The translations under genes and the position numbers were made by a program. From the IMG/VR virus record IMGVR_UViG_3300025163_000003: a DNA stretch of 64,000 nucleotides; one strand, 5' to 3'. The notes beneath the pieces are model-generated. The model searched no databases. It was not told where the DNA came from and saw only the letters and a list, made by a program, of their open reading frames with translations. Source of the stretch: a virus. Positions within the stretch are counted from its first letter, which is position 1; each line of letters starts with the position of its first letter. Shown in pieces: positions 52,015 through 60,612 of the stretch.

Positions 52015-53251
52015 CTTTCAGTTCAGCTTTCACTTTCTGGTATACTCTATACAACACTTTTCCATCTATCTCTCCTATTCTTCTGTGAATTGTGGAGAGA
52101 ACTACTCTCTTGTTATCTAAGTCTATTCCTGCCAACTGAAGTCCTTCCATTATCTCCTTCACGACATCTTTAAGATCTTCTGGTGTTGGCATCAAGTATC
52201 TTCTTATTTCTGCTTTCACTCTGTCAATAGAATTCTCATATAACTCTGGTGTTACATCCTCCAAGAGTTCCTCTCTCACCTTAGGCTCTATGTCCTCTAT
52301 TTTCTCTAGTTCTGGATAGTTCTCGAGGACTTTCCTAATTGCTTTTCTGATGATACTTTTAGGGATAGTTGTTCTTGCATGTTCCCAACATTTCTCTTTT
52401 ATCTCTTCACACTTCAGTTTAGCCATTAACTCATCTTTCAAGTCAGTGTCATAATACTTAGCAACTAGACCTTCCATTCCATCTGGTTTCACTTCTTTCT
52501 TCAGTTCAAATTCTAGTCTCTCTATTTCCTTAGCAGTGAGTTCACCAGACCAGATTTCTTTTACTCTTCTCAGACCATTCGACCATGCTAATTCTTTAGT
52601 CTTGGACCAAGGAAGAAATCTCATTGTCTTCATGTCAACTATGTCAAATACTTTGAAGTCAATTGGAACTGAATATTGAATGAAATCTGTAGGATTCAAT
52701 GCTCCATAAAGTTCTCCAAATACAAGATATCCGTCTTTCAGAACTCTCTGTATTCTCTCATGTGTTCTTCCATCCTGTACTTTCATGAACAAGTCTTTCC
52801 ATGAAGAGATTCCTCTCTTGGCAGCTGGAGCTGTTTGAAGATCCCATCTAGGAACTAGTCTTGTCTTCCCCATTATTGTTCCATCTGGGAGCATGAAGAT
52901 ACCTAAGTTTGTACCATCAACTTTCTCTTGACAGACAACATGCTTTCCTTTCACTTCTGTCTCATCTGCATATCTTAGTTTGGGATATCCACGAACAATA
53001 AAGAGTTCTTTATCGAAGAAAGAGACAATCGTACCCATCAGACTATTTCTCTTCTGATAGATTATTCCTCTCCACTTGTGACCATTGATGCTATAAGAGA
53101 ATTCTTTCATATCTGCTGGTTTAGCATTCCATAGTTCGGAGACAGTTGCTCTAATACTCTGTAAGCTTTTCTTACCTTCCAACTCTTCTCTCAAGATGTC
53201 AAGTCTTTTACAAGTGGGTAATTCCATCACATTTACTTTCTTCACTTTCAA
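51992..53251 (-). CDS. ATP-dependent nucleic-acid ligase (Rnl2-like KxDGTN motif; RNA or DNA ligase)
   Basis: Motif I VCQEKVDGTNLG, motif III-like FKVFDIVDM, motif IV MEGLVAKYYD, motif V LMAKLKCEEIKEK. Confidence 0.7.
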   Translation of the reverse strand: MKVKKVNVMELPTCKRLDILREELEGKKSLQSIRATVSELWNAKPADMKEFSYSINGHKWRGIIYQKRNSLMGTIVSFFDKELFIVRGYPKLRYADETEVKGKHVVCQEKVDGTNLGIFMLPDGTIMGKTRLVPRWDLQTAPAAKRGISSWKDLFMKVQDGRTHERIQRVLKDGYLVFGELYGALNPTDFIQYSVPIDFKVFDIVDMKTMRFLPWSKTKELAWSNGLRRVKEIWSGELTAKEIERLEFELKKEVKPDGMEGLVAKYYDTDLKDELMAKLKCEEIKEKCWEHARTTIPKSIIRKAIRKVLENYPELEKIEDIEPKVREELLEDVTPELYENSIDRVKAEIRRYLMPTPEDLKDVVKEIMEGLQLAGIDLDNKRVVLSTIHRRIGEIDGKVLYRVYQKVKAELKGEKSEMS

Positions 53252-53295
53252 CGTTCCTCACTCCTTTCTTCTTAAACTTCTTTCCTCTTATAAAG

Positions 53296-53718
53296 TTACA
53301 GTTCAAATTTGTCGTCTTCCTTCTCTTTCCACCAGACTGTGTAACTTGGATAATAGTCATCAGAATTCAACGTTCCAATTATGAACACTACTTCTCCATC
53401 TTTATAAGCTATAATGTCCCAAGTGTTCGTTTCAGTATAGACATAGCCATGTTCTACTTGCTTGATCTTTTCTACATCAAATTCTATCTTGTCATATTCT
53501 ATTTCTCTGAACTTGTCAATGCTTCCTATCAAATCAATAATATCAACAGGAGGATTTTCATGGATGACAGTGAAACTTCTATATCCATCACAATTGTCTA
53601 GCTCAATGAAGAAAGTCTTGTTCTTCTCTGGTACATCAACTACAACTAAGTCATTGTCTCCTCCTATGTCTTCATTTTGAATTACCTTCTCCAAGATAGC
53701 AAATCTTAACTTAGGCAA
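53296..53718 (-). CDS. hypothetical protein
   Basis: 140 aa. Confidence 0.3.
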   Translation of the reverse strand: MPKLRFAILEKVIQNEDIGGDNDLVVVDVPEKNKTFFIELDNCDGYRSFTVIHENPPVDIIDLIGSIDKFREIEYDKIEFDVEKIKQVEHGYVYTETNTWDIIAYKDGEVVFIIGTLNSDDYYPSYTVWWKEKEDDKFEL

Positions 53719-54001
53719 GTAGTTCCCTCATTTCTATCAAGATGAGATGAAACGAAGAAAACTTCTTCTTGAGTAAGGACAAAATAGAATCTCGTAGATG
53801 ATACCACTTTCCACCCACGATGATAATATCAGCAACAACTGGATAGTTAGAAGGGTTAAGAACATCCTGTTCACTCAAGCTATCTGTTTCGAAGACTTTA
53901 AGTCCAGTCCTTCTGAAGAGAGTGGATTTCCCTACATTAGGCTTGCCTACAACAATATACTTGACTGGCTTTGGAAATCCTTTCTTCTTGAGCCATGTCA
54001 T
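53711..54001 (-). CDS. small P-loop protein
   Basis: YIVVGKPNVGKSTLF Walker A resembling GTPase G1 boxes, but only 96 aa. Confidence 0.35.
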   Translation of the reverse strand: MTWLKKKGFPKPVKYIVVGKPNVGKSTLFRRTGLKVFETDSLSEQDVLNPSNYPVVADIIIVGGKWYHLRDSILSLLKKKFSSFHLILIEMRELLA

Positions 54002-54444
54002 TTTTCACGTAGTTCCTCCCAGACCATGTCATTTATTTCTTCATCATACTTGAGAGAAAGAATACCCAAAACAACAATAGAACTACAAATCAGTAAGATG
54101 ATTAAAGAGACTGGAAAGAAGGTGAAGAGATAAGGAGCAGTTATAAATGCTGTGCCAACAGCCAGATATATCATGAAATATCGGAAAATGTCTCTTGGTT
54201 CTTCATAAGCTATCTTAAGTTTTCCACAGAGTGCACACTTCCAGACATCACCAATATCATCTTTAGGAGAGTAAGCAACATACCAACGATGTTCTCTGAA
54301 GATAACATGAAAGATTTTCATCAATAGTTTCAGTCTCTTCTTGTGTTTTTCCTTGAATTCTTGTATCTTCATTTGGTAGTATTTTTCAGGTTCCAATTCT
54401 TCCAGGAACTGTTCCTTTATTTTCTTCTTATTCAATTTTAACAA
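53998..54444 (-). CDS. membrane protein with CxxC
   Basis: CALCGKL and TM helices YLAVGTAFITAPYLFTFFPVSLIILLICSSIVVLGIL. Confidence 0.35.
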   Translation of the reverse strand: MLKLNKKKIKEQFLEELEPEKYYQMKIQEFKEKHKKRLKLLMKIFHVIFREHRWYVAYSPKDDIGDVWKCALCGKLKIAYEEPRDIFRYFMIYLAVGTAFITAPYLFTFFPVSLIILLICSSIVVLGILSLKYDEEINDMVWEELREK

Positions 54445-54908
54445 CCCTTGTATGGTTCTACATCACCACGGATAATGTAAGTGTCGATCTCTTCCTCATG
54501 ATACTTGAAAGTGAAAGTCTCAAAATGACCATGAACATCTACTTTCTGTCCAAGAAGATCATACTTAGGAACTTCTAAGCGTATTAGTATTCCCTTCTCA
54601 AATGAGTTGGAAGTGTAGACAGCAAAGTAATAGTCAGTATCTCGCAGAGGAACCCAAATGACCGTAGTTGTCTCTCCAGTAGAAATTATAATTGGAATGA
54701 GAATAGCTGACACATCAATTTCTCCTGTGTCTCCCAAGTAACCAATAGTATGTATGTCCTTTCCAACATATTTCTCTGGGTGTTCAATTAGTTCAGTAAG
54801 TTCAACATCAAGATATTCTCTGGGTTGCAGTAAGTAAGCTACTCCTATTCCGATTAGAACTAACAGACCAATGATTAAAGAAACAATTCCTGCTGTGAAC
54901 TTATCCAT
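54438..54908 (-). CDS. membrane-anchored protein
   Basis: N-terminal TM AGIVSLIIGLLVLIGIGVAYLL. Confidence 0.35.
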   Translation of the reverse strand: MDKFTAGIVSLIIGLLVLIGIGVAYLLQPREYLDVELTELIEHPEKYVGKDIHTIGYLGDTGEIDVSAILIPIIISTGETTTVIWVPLRDTDYYFAVYTSNSFEKGILIRLEVPKYDLLGQKVDVHGHFETFTFKYHEEEIDTYIIRGDVEPYKGC

Positions 54909-54912
54909 GAAA

Positions 54913-55200
54913 TCACTTCTGCTTGTTCCATTCTCTAGGTTTCTTTCCTTTCTTCTTTCTTTCTAATTCTCTAAAATAAGGACATACTTGCCAAGCATGT
55001 TGACCTGCTGCATGAAGCATCACTACATTCTGTGATACTTCTTGGTCTTTACAGAGAACTCTAAATTCTTCTTCTAGAACTATTTGGTCACAGGTTCCCA
55101 AGTAAGGACAGTCTTGAGGTTTCACTCTCTTCTTAAGTTTCTCTGCTAGAGACTTGGCATTGGCAAGTAGTCCTTTTGGTTTCTTGTTGAACTTTACCAA
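54913..55200 (-). CDS. hypothetical Cys-containing protein
   Basis: 95 aa. Confidence 0.3.
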   Translation of the reverse strand: MVKFNKKPKGLLANAKSLAEKLKKRVKPQDCPYLGTCDQIVLEEEFRVLCKDQEVSQNVVMLHAAGQHAWQVCPYFRELERKKKGKKPREWNKQK

Positions 55201-55215
55201 CTATTTCACCTCCAA

Positions 55216-55470
55216 CTAAGTCTCTTCACCAATTGAATAGAAGGGTGAACTCTTAGCCTTCTTCTTCAGTAGTTCCTCTTTTCTTATCAGTTCTGTCAAT
55301 GTTACAATGACATCTTTACCAGCAAACATGTCTTCAAACTGACGAATGTACTTTCTCTCCATAGGTCTGTCTTTTTCTAAGACTAGATAAAGTTCATTAG
55401 GATTCTCTGGGTTGATTAGAATTCTCTTAAGTTTTCCATATATCTGATTCTTCTGTCCCAATTTAACCAA
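55216..55470 (-). CDS. hypothetical protein
   Basis: 84 aa. Confidence 0.3.
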   Translation of the reverse strand: MVKLGQKNQIYGKLKRILINPENPNELYLVLEKDRPMERKYIRQFEDMFAGKDVIVTLTELIRKEELLKKKAKSSPFYSIGEET

Positions 55471-55831
55471 CCAACTTCTTTAGGAGTGTTCCAAATGCTA
55501 TGACTGCAACTATTGAAGTTACTAGACATATCAAGACACTCACTATGAAACCATAAAAGCAACCTATCATCAGAGCAATTGGTGTATTAACATTGAAGTA
55601 AATTGTTAATGAAGACCACCATTCCCAAAGTAACAAATACAAGTATGGACCAGCAAATGGTATCAGTCCCAGAAGTCCAAAGAAAGGTGCTAGTATCCCT
55701 GAGACAAAAGCAAAGACTGCCCCACTAATTCCTCCCTCTAAAAATCCAATAGCTGTCATCACTATTAAGACAATTAAACCTATGGGAATGCTCCATTTCC
55801 TTCCTTCTCTCTTAACAACTTCTAGTGTCAA
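55463..55831 (-). CDS. membrane protein
   Basis: Four hydrophobic helices. Confidence 0.35.
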   Translation of the reverse strand: MTLEVVKREGRKWSIPIGLIVLIVMTAIGFLEGGISGAVFAFVSGILAPFFGLLGLIPFAGPYLYLLLWEWWSSLTIYFNVNTPIALMIGCFYGFIVSVLICLVTSIVAVIAFGTLLKKLVG

Positions 55832-55846
55832 TATTTCACCTCCAGT

Positions 55847-56146
55847 CTAAGAGATATAAGACATACTTCTCCTTTCTTCTTGAGCATTAATCCACTTGAG
55901 AGTGTACCACACTCCAAAGCATACACCAGCTCTAAGAGAGACTTCATCTAAAGATTTCCCTTTGAATATCGTGTTGTTCCACCAATTCTCTACTTCATGA
56001 GTCAACATCTTTTCAACTTCTCTTGAATCTTTACCTTGTAACAAGTCATCAATTGCTTCCTCTATCTTCTTCATGATTTCCTTGTAATTGTTCTTATCTA
56101 CTTTTCCCTTCTTACGTTTCCAGAACAAATTTAATTCCTCATGCAA
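55847..56146 (-). CDS. hypothetical protein
   Basis: 99 aa. Confidence 0.3.
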   Translation of the reverse strand: MHEELNLFWKRKKGKVDKNNYKEIMKKIEEAIDDLLQGKDSREVEKMLTHEVENWWNNTIFKGKSLDEVSLRAGVCFGVWYTLKWINAQEERRSMSYIS

Positions 56147-56387
56147 TATATTCTAAACGCATCTTCCTTATCTTCTTGACACTCTCTCTTGAACCATACA
56201 ATTCAGCTAAAGAGTTGAAAAGATTATAGAGAATTTGTTCAGACAGTGGTGGATCACAGTCTAAGTGCAACTTGTATTCTCCATTTGTCAGTTCAGCTTT
56301 GATAGTAACTTTGAACTTGTCTAATGCTTTCTCTTTCCTGTTATTAGATGAACTATTCTTATGTTTCTTGAACCGCATCTTGGACAT
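56139..56387 (-). CDS. hypothetical protein (5' extent uncertain; overlaps the eL40-like ORF)
   Basis: 82-aa ORF; its low-complexity basic N-terminus overlaps 56321..56494 in another frame. Confidence 0.25.
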   Translation of the reverse strand: MSKMRFKKHKNSSSNNRKEKALDKFKVTIKAELTNGEYKLHLDCDPPLSEQILYNLFNSLAELYGSRESVKKIRKMRLEYIA

Positions 56388-56494
56388 TTGTTTTCAGACC
56401 TTCTGAATTTCTTGTGGCATTTCCTACATAGTTTGAAATGTCGTCTACGGGAATATTGTGCTATTCTCAGTTTCACAGGGTCAATAATTGGCAT
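56321..56494 (-). CDS. rpl40e: ribosomal protein eL40 (L40e) homolog, C4 Zn ribbon
   Basis: Unlisted 57-aa ORF: MPIIDPVKLRIAQYSRRRHFKLCRKCHKKFRRSENKCPRCGSRNIRIVHLITGKRKH. Compare human eL40: [49 protein letters not shown]. ATG 2 nt after the alba stop. Confidence 0.55.
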   Translation of the reverse strand: MPIIDPVKLRIAQYSRRRHFKLCRKCHKKFRRSENKCPRCGSRNIRIVHLITGKRKH

Positions 56495-56495
56495 T

Positions 56496-56753
56496 TTACT
56501 TGCCTAATGTCAGCTCAATGAAAGAGACATTCTTCTGTCCCTGTTGTGTGTCAATTGTCTCTGTTCCTATCTTTATCTCTTTAAGTTGAATGTCAGTTGC
56601 AAATCTGTGTCTGACTATTTCAGCAACATCAATAGCTTTTGATATCAGTCTTCCTCTTGCTTTGATGACAATATCTTCTTTTCCTCTAAGTCTAGAAAGA
56701 ACAGCAACTACATATGTCATAGTTGGTTTCTTTCCAATTAGAATCTCAGCCAC
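56496..56753 (-). CDS. albA: Alba (Sso10b-type) DNA/RNA-binding chromatin protein
   Basis: ILIGKKPTMTYVVAVLSRLRGKEDIVIKARGRLISKAIDVAEIVRHRF...VSFIELTL matches the Alba fold consensus. Confidence 0.85.
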   Translation of the reverse strand: MAEILIGKKPTMTYVVAVLSRLRGKEDIVIKARGRLISKAIDVAEIVRHRFATDIQLKEIKIGTETIDTQQGQKNVSFIELTLGK

Positions 56754-57009
56754 TTCTCTTCACCTCTTGTTTCTTCTTAGTGACTTTAATTTCTCTCTCT
56801 TTCTGAAGTTCTTGAATCTTGACACCTAACTCATTTATAGTTTGACTCAGGTCTTCTATTTCTTCTTTCAAGAAGTTTACTGCATTGACTAGGTTTGTAT
56901 ATTTCTCAAGCAGTTTCTTAAGTCTGACATTCAGTTGGAAGTATTGTTTTGAGACATCTTCTATTCCCAACTTGTTCACCTCTAATAGTCTGGTAAGACA
57001 CCTATACAC
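56746..57009 (-). CDS. coiled-coil protein
   Basis: 87 aa. Confidence 0.3.
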   Translation of the reverse strand: MYRCLTRLLEVNKLGIEDVSKQYFQLNVRLKKLLEKYTNLVNAVNFLKEEIEDLSQTINELGVKIQELQKEREIKVTKKKQEVKRSG

Positions 57010-57494
57010 CAGTCAACTCTTCTCTTTTCAGGAGGAATATTCTTCCAGTTCTCACAATCTGAATCTGAAGCAATAATCCATTCTTGAAGTTCTTCATTCC
57101 AAACTCTAGGTATCCATCTATTTGGTATTACAAAACTACCATTAGGGAATCGTTCTAGATTAGTAGGGTTGATTACTGCCCACAACATCATTCCCATTTG
57201 CACAGTTACTTCCTCTTCTACTTCTTGTTTTCCTTCCCTTCTAATTTGCTTTGCTTTTATATTTGTTTTGTATTCAACATAGACTTGTCCATGTTTTGCT
57301 CTCTGACAAGCTCTGTCTCCATCAACATCCCAATCTAAAGTTGGATCATTTCCATCTAGGACAGGTGGTGGATCATCCCACTTTACTTGTCTTGTCCTCA
57401 GTCTTATTTTCTGTTTCTTGAAACTTGGTTTGATTTGTCTTAAGATTTCTAGTTCTTCTTCAGTCAGCATTTCCTGTAAGTTCTTTGTAGACAA
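56982..57494 (-). CDS. hypothetical protein
   Basis: 170 aa. Confidence 0.3.
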   Translation of the reverse strand: MSTKNLQEMLTEEELEILRQIKPSFKKQKIRLRTRQVKWDDPPPVLDGNDPTLDWDVDGDRACQRAKHGQVYVEYKTNIKAKQIRREGKQEVEEEVTVQMGMMLWAVINPTNLERFPNGSFVIPNRWIPRVWNEELQEWIIASDSDCENWKNIPPEKRRVDWCIGVLPDY

Positions 57495-58398
57495 AAGGAT
57501 CTACCTCTAGAACCCAATAAGTCTCAGTCTTCTTTCCTATGCATCTACCATAACATTTCTTAGCAAATTCTGTTGCTTCATTCTCATCTTTGAAAGCATC
57601 AGCTGGTAACATAACTTTCTTAAGTTTTCTCTTTCCATTGACTAGGAATTCCCATCTATATTCCAAATAGTCAAATGACAAGTCCTCTGTCCACAGAACA
57701 TCTTCAAATTCTGCTTTCAATTGCTTCTGTATTTCCTCTGTTGGTGCTTGCTCTATCAATTGGAGTGCAGCCTTAGACTTTGAAATGATTCGTTGAAGTT
57801 TAGAGAAATCTATTTCTCCTGTTTCAAGTCTTTGAATTAGTATCTCTCTCTTGTCATCAGGAATAATATCTAGAGCTAGCAACCTAGCTTGTTCAAAAGT
57901 CAAAGTCGTCACGCCGTGACGATTGAGTCGTTCCCAAATTCTAATTCTATCTCTGACATAGCCTTCTGACACACCTAGTTTCTTAGCTAATTTTCTTTTT
58001 GAAATACCACCTAATTCACACATCTGTAAGAACAGTCTTCCTTCGTCCAAATAGTTTGGTTCTTTTCTATGGAAGTTTTCTGTGTAACTAGCTATCATCT
58101 GTTCAAAAGGTGTTGCATCACGAATTTCTACTAACATCCACTCTTCTCCAAGTTCATCGTGAGCTATGAGTCTCCTACCACCAATGTAGACTTCACCGTT
58201 GGATGTGCAGACTGGTATCTGTTGCAAGCCTAGTTCCTTAATTGACTTTGCTAGTGAACTTCGTATTTCTTCTCTTTCCTCTTCTGTCACTTCTGGTCTG
58301 ACATTGTATGGTGAAACTTTCAAGTCTTTTACTCTAGCCCATGCAAATACTTTATTCCCAACTTGTGTCTTATTTCTAAACTCAACCACACTTATCAC
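57460..58398 (-). CDS. ParB-like nuclease-domain protein with HTH
   Basis: ParB-N-like LQQIPVCTSNGEVYIGGRRLIAH; HTH-like KRKLAKKLGVSEGYVRDRIRIWERL. Confidence 0.55.
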   Translation of the reverse strand: MISVVEFRNKTQVGNKVFAWARVKDLKVSPYNVRPEVTEEEREEIRSSLAKSIKELGLQQIPVCTSNGEVYIGGRRLIAHDELGEEWMLVEIRDATPFEQMIASYTENFHRKEPNYLDEGRLFLQMCELGGISKRKLAKKLGVSEGYVRDRIRIWERLNRHGVTTLTFEQARLLALDIIPDDKREILIQRLETGEIDFSKLQRIISKSKAALQLIEQAPTEEIQKQLKAEFEDVLWTEDLSFDYLEYRWEFLVNGKRKLKKVMLPADAFKDENEATEFAKKCYGRCIGKKTETYWVLEVDPFVYKELTGNAD

Positions 58399-58718
58399 CT
58401 TTTAACTTTCATAACTCTAACTTTCATGTCTTTTGTTTGTTCTTTAAAGTCTGAAAGAGACATGAGGGAAAGATTTTCACCTTTCAAATAAAAGGCTTGT
58501 GGATACTCAAACACAACAACTTCTCTTTCTATTTCCTTGTTGTTACCAAAGGCACAACAATGTTCTATTACTTGACATTCCTTCACTATGTGATAACCTT
58601 CTTTGTCAACTTTGTCATAGACATAAAATCTTGAAAGAGGAAACGTGTCATATCCAAGACACTTCTCCTTTATACATGGTTCTCCCAAGAAGGGACAAAT
58701 CTTAACCAGTTTTCTCAC
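58395..58718 (-). CDS. hypothetical Cys-containing protein
   Basis: 107 aa. Confidence 0.3.
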   Translation of the reverse strand: MRKLVKICPFLGEPCIKEKCLGYDTFPLSRFYVYDKVDKEGYHIVKECQVIEHCCAFGNNKEIEREVVVFEYPQAFYLKGENLSLMSLSDFKEQTKDMKVRVMKVKR

Positions 58719-58980
58719 CTCTCATAACTAACTCTTTAATATAAAGGATACCTGACACAAGAACATCTTTGTAGTCTACTCCTTTCTTTTCACAGACTTC
58801 TTTGAAGTCTTCCAACCATTTTTTAGGAATGAGTATTGATACCCATGTAGTGTTCTTGAACTCTTTAACTTCTATGTCAGGGCATCTTCGTATCTTAAGA
58901 GGTTCTAGTTCTGGAGCAAACTTAGAGAGTATTCTGATTTTCACTTTGTCTTCCAACTTCGTGGTTTCTTCTCTTTTCAT
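58702..58980 (-). CDS. hypothetical protein
   Basis: 92 aa. Confidence 0.3.
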   Translation of the reverse strand: MKREETTKLEDKVKIRILSKFAPELEPLKIRRCPDIEVKEFKNTTWVSILIPKKWLEDFKEVCEKKGVDYKDVLVSGILYIKELVMRGEKTG

Positions 58981-59029
58981 TTCGTCTTCTCCTTTGTCTC
59001 TTTAAACTGTTCTCTTGTAATATAAACTT

Positions 59030-59374
59030 TTACTGTATTGCATTTCTGATAGCAAATAAATTCAAGACTTCTTCCTTGCTTAATTTTTCTCTTAAGATGC
59101 GTGACAACAAACCCCACTTATTTCTATCTTTCTTGAGTTGTTCAAAGAGCAGTCTCTCTTCTCTGGTAATTTGTTTCTCATCTTCATTTCTTCCTATCAG
59201 ATACTTGAAAATTAGTTCAGCAACATAAGTTGTTTCACCACAGACTATCCAGTCTCTTGAGACCACTTCTCCATCTCTCTTAATGAACAGTTCTACTTCT
59301 ATGAATCTTCTAGTTGGATATCGAGCATAATATTTGACAAAGTGTCGTTTCTTCAAGATGTATTCTTCACTCAT
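59030..59374 (-). CDS. hypothetical protein
   Basis: 114 aa. Confidence 0.3.
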   Translation of the reverse strand: MSEEYILKKRHFVKYYARYPTRRFIEVELFIKRDGEVVSRDWIVCGETTYVAELIFKYLIGRNEDEKQITREERLLFEQLKKDRNKWGLLSRILREKLSKEEVLNLFAIRNAIQ

Positions 59375-59592
59375 TTCTTTTTCCTCAACAGTCGTTTAGA
59401 GAACAGCATGTTGTGACAGACAATTCCATGTTTAAGGTAAAGGAGTAAGTAGTTTTCAAGAGGAGAAAGGTCAGTTAAAGTGTAGAGTTTTACCCAAGCT
59501 GTTAGACTTCTCCAAGACTTAGGTTCAAATTTGAGTAATAGACGGAGACGGAACATGTTTATTCTGTGGATAAATGAGACTAGCCTTTCCAT
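59371..59592 (-). CDS. hypothetical protein
   Basis: 73 aa. Confidence 0.25.
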   Translation of the reverse strand: MERLVSFIHRINMFRLRLLLKFEPKSWRSLTAWVKLYTLTDLSPLENYLLLYLKHGIVCHNMLFSKRLLRKKK

Positions 59593-59601
59593 CCTCTCTC
59601 C

Positions 59602-60027
59602 CTAATCTGAATTGGGATAGTAAAGAGCAACTATCATTCCTACTAACTTGTGTCTATCATCAATAGGTGAATCCCATCTTGTAATCTTAATCCATTGTAA
59701 GCCTTCTTGATTTCTTGGTTGTCCTTCTGGAGCCTCTACTTCTTCAAACTCTAAGTTCTCTCTTTCCCGTAACCACTCTTTCATCTCTTTCCAGAGTCTT
59801 TCTGCTTTCTCTCTGTTACCAGCATAGTTAGCCATTTGAAGGTCTACAAGGATTCTTCTAGGCATTGGAAGAGGAATAAAGATACCTTCAATAGTTACAT
59901 GTTCACAGAGAACACCACAAGTTTGTTGTTCCCAACAGAACCCTGAAGGATAAGGAATCACAATACCAAAGTTGTGGTGATAAGTGTGGAGTTTAATTTC
60001 TTCTACTATTCCTATCATTCTCATCAC
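59602..60027 (-). CDS. hypothetical protein
   Basis: 141 aa; GTG start. Confidence 0.3.
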   Translation of the reverse strand: MMRMIGIVEEIKLHTYHHNFGIVIPYPSGFCWEQQTCGVLCEHVTIEGIFIPLPMPRRILVDLQMANYAGNREKAERLWKEMKEWLRERENLEFEEVEAPEGQPRNQEGLQWIKITRWDSPIDDRHKLVGMIVALYYPNSD

Positions 60028-60203
60028 AAGAGTCCTATTTTCTTGAATATACTTTCTAAAGCCTTAGACCTTTTCTTTCCAAAGTTGTCTTCCCAAAAAC
60101 TTACAAGTGATTCAGCAAGTTCACTTGCACTTTCTGGATAAGCCATTTCCTTGAAATAATTTTTCAATTCTTCTACTTCTTCATCAGTCAATTCAACTGT
60201 CAT
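60024..60203 (-). CDS. unlisted 59-aa acidic protein
   Basis: MTVELTDEEVEELKNYFKEMAYPESASELAESLVSFWEDNFGKKRSKALESIFKKIGLL. It fills a 165-bp gap, and its stop overlaps the next start. Confidence 0.3.
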   Translation of the reverse strand: MTVELTDEEVEELKNYFKEMAYPESASELAESLVSFWEDNFGKKRSKALESIFKKIGLL

Positions 60204-60612
60204 GTTTTACTCCCTCCTTTTCTCTTTCTTCTAAATATTCAACAAACTGTAAGGCTCTAGGAACTGCTTCCCATTTAATATCTAGTTGAGTGAGAGTAGG
60301 CATTTCAGTTACAAACACAAAGACATCTCTTTCTTTCCAATAAAAGAAACCTATGTAAGGCATTCTCTTGTGTAAGTTTTCATCTCTATCAGCAATTGTT
60401 GAATAAGGCAATACTCTTCCATCAAAGGAAACTCCATCAACATCAAACACATGTTTCTCTAGTCCTCCTTCTTTCAATAAGAAGTCTCTGAAAGTTCTAA
60501 GTGAAGGATTGTCACTTACTTTTAATGCAACTGCCTCTTGACAACCTAAAACTTCTAGAAGAGTAAGCTTTTCTGACAAGTCTTTCAAAGATTTACTCTC
60601 TATTGTTATCAT
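60193..60612 (-). CDS. member 3 of tandem triplicated gene family (unknown function)
   Basis: Shares with 60593..60994 and 60981..61457: ES(K/E)(S/T)L.DL...L.FLE.L.C.E......V.GNP(S/H)L..F...L......DG....G...P....I......GFFYWEE.D.FVF. Confidence 0.45.
   Translation of the reverse strand: MITIESKSLKDLSEKLTLLEVLGCQEAVALKVSDNPSLRTFRDFLLKEGGLEKHVFDVDGVSFDGRVLPYSTIADRDENLHKRMPYIGFFYWKERDVFVFVTEMPTLTQLDIKWEAVPRALQFVEYLEEREKEGVKHDS

Noticed and set aside
53711-54001. Era/EngB-like GTPase
   Set aside because: G1 box GKPNVGKST is present, but the ORF is only 96 aa and lacks G3/G4 motifs. Called a small P-loop protein only.
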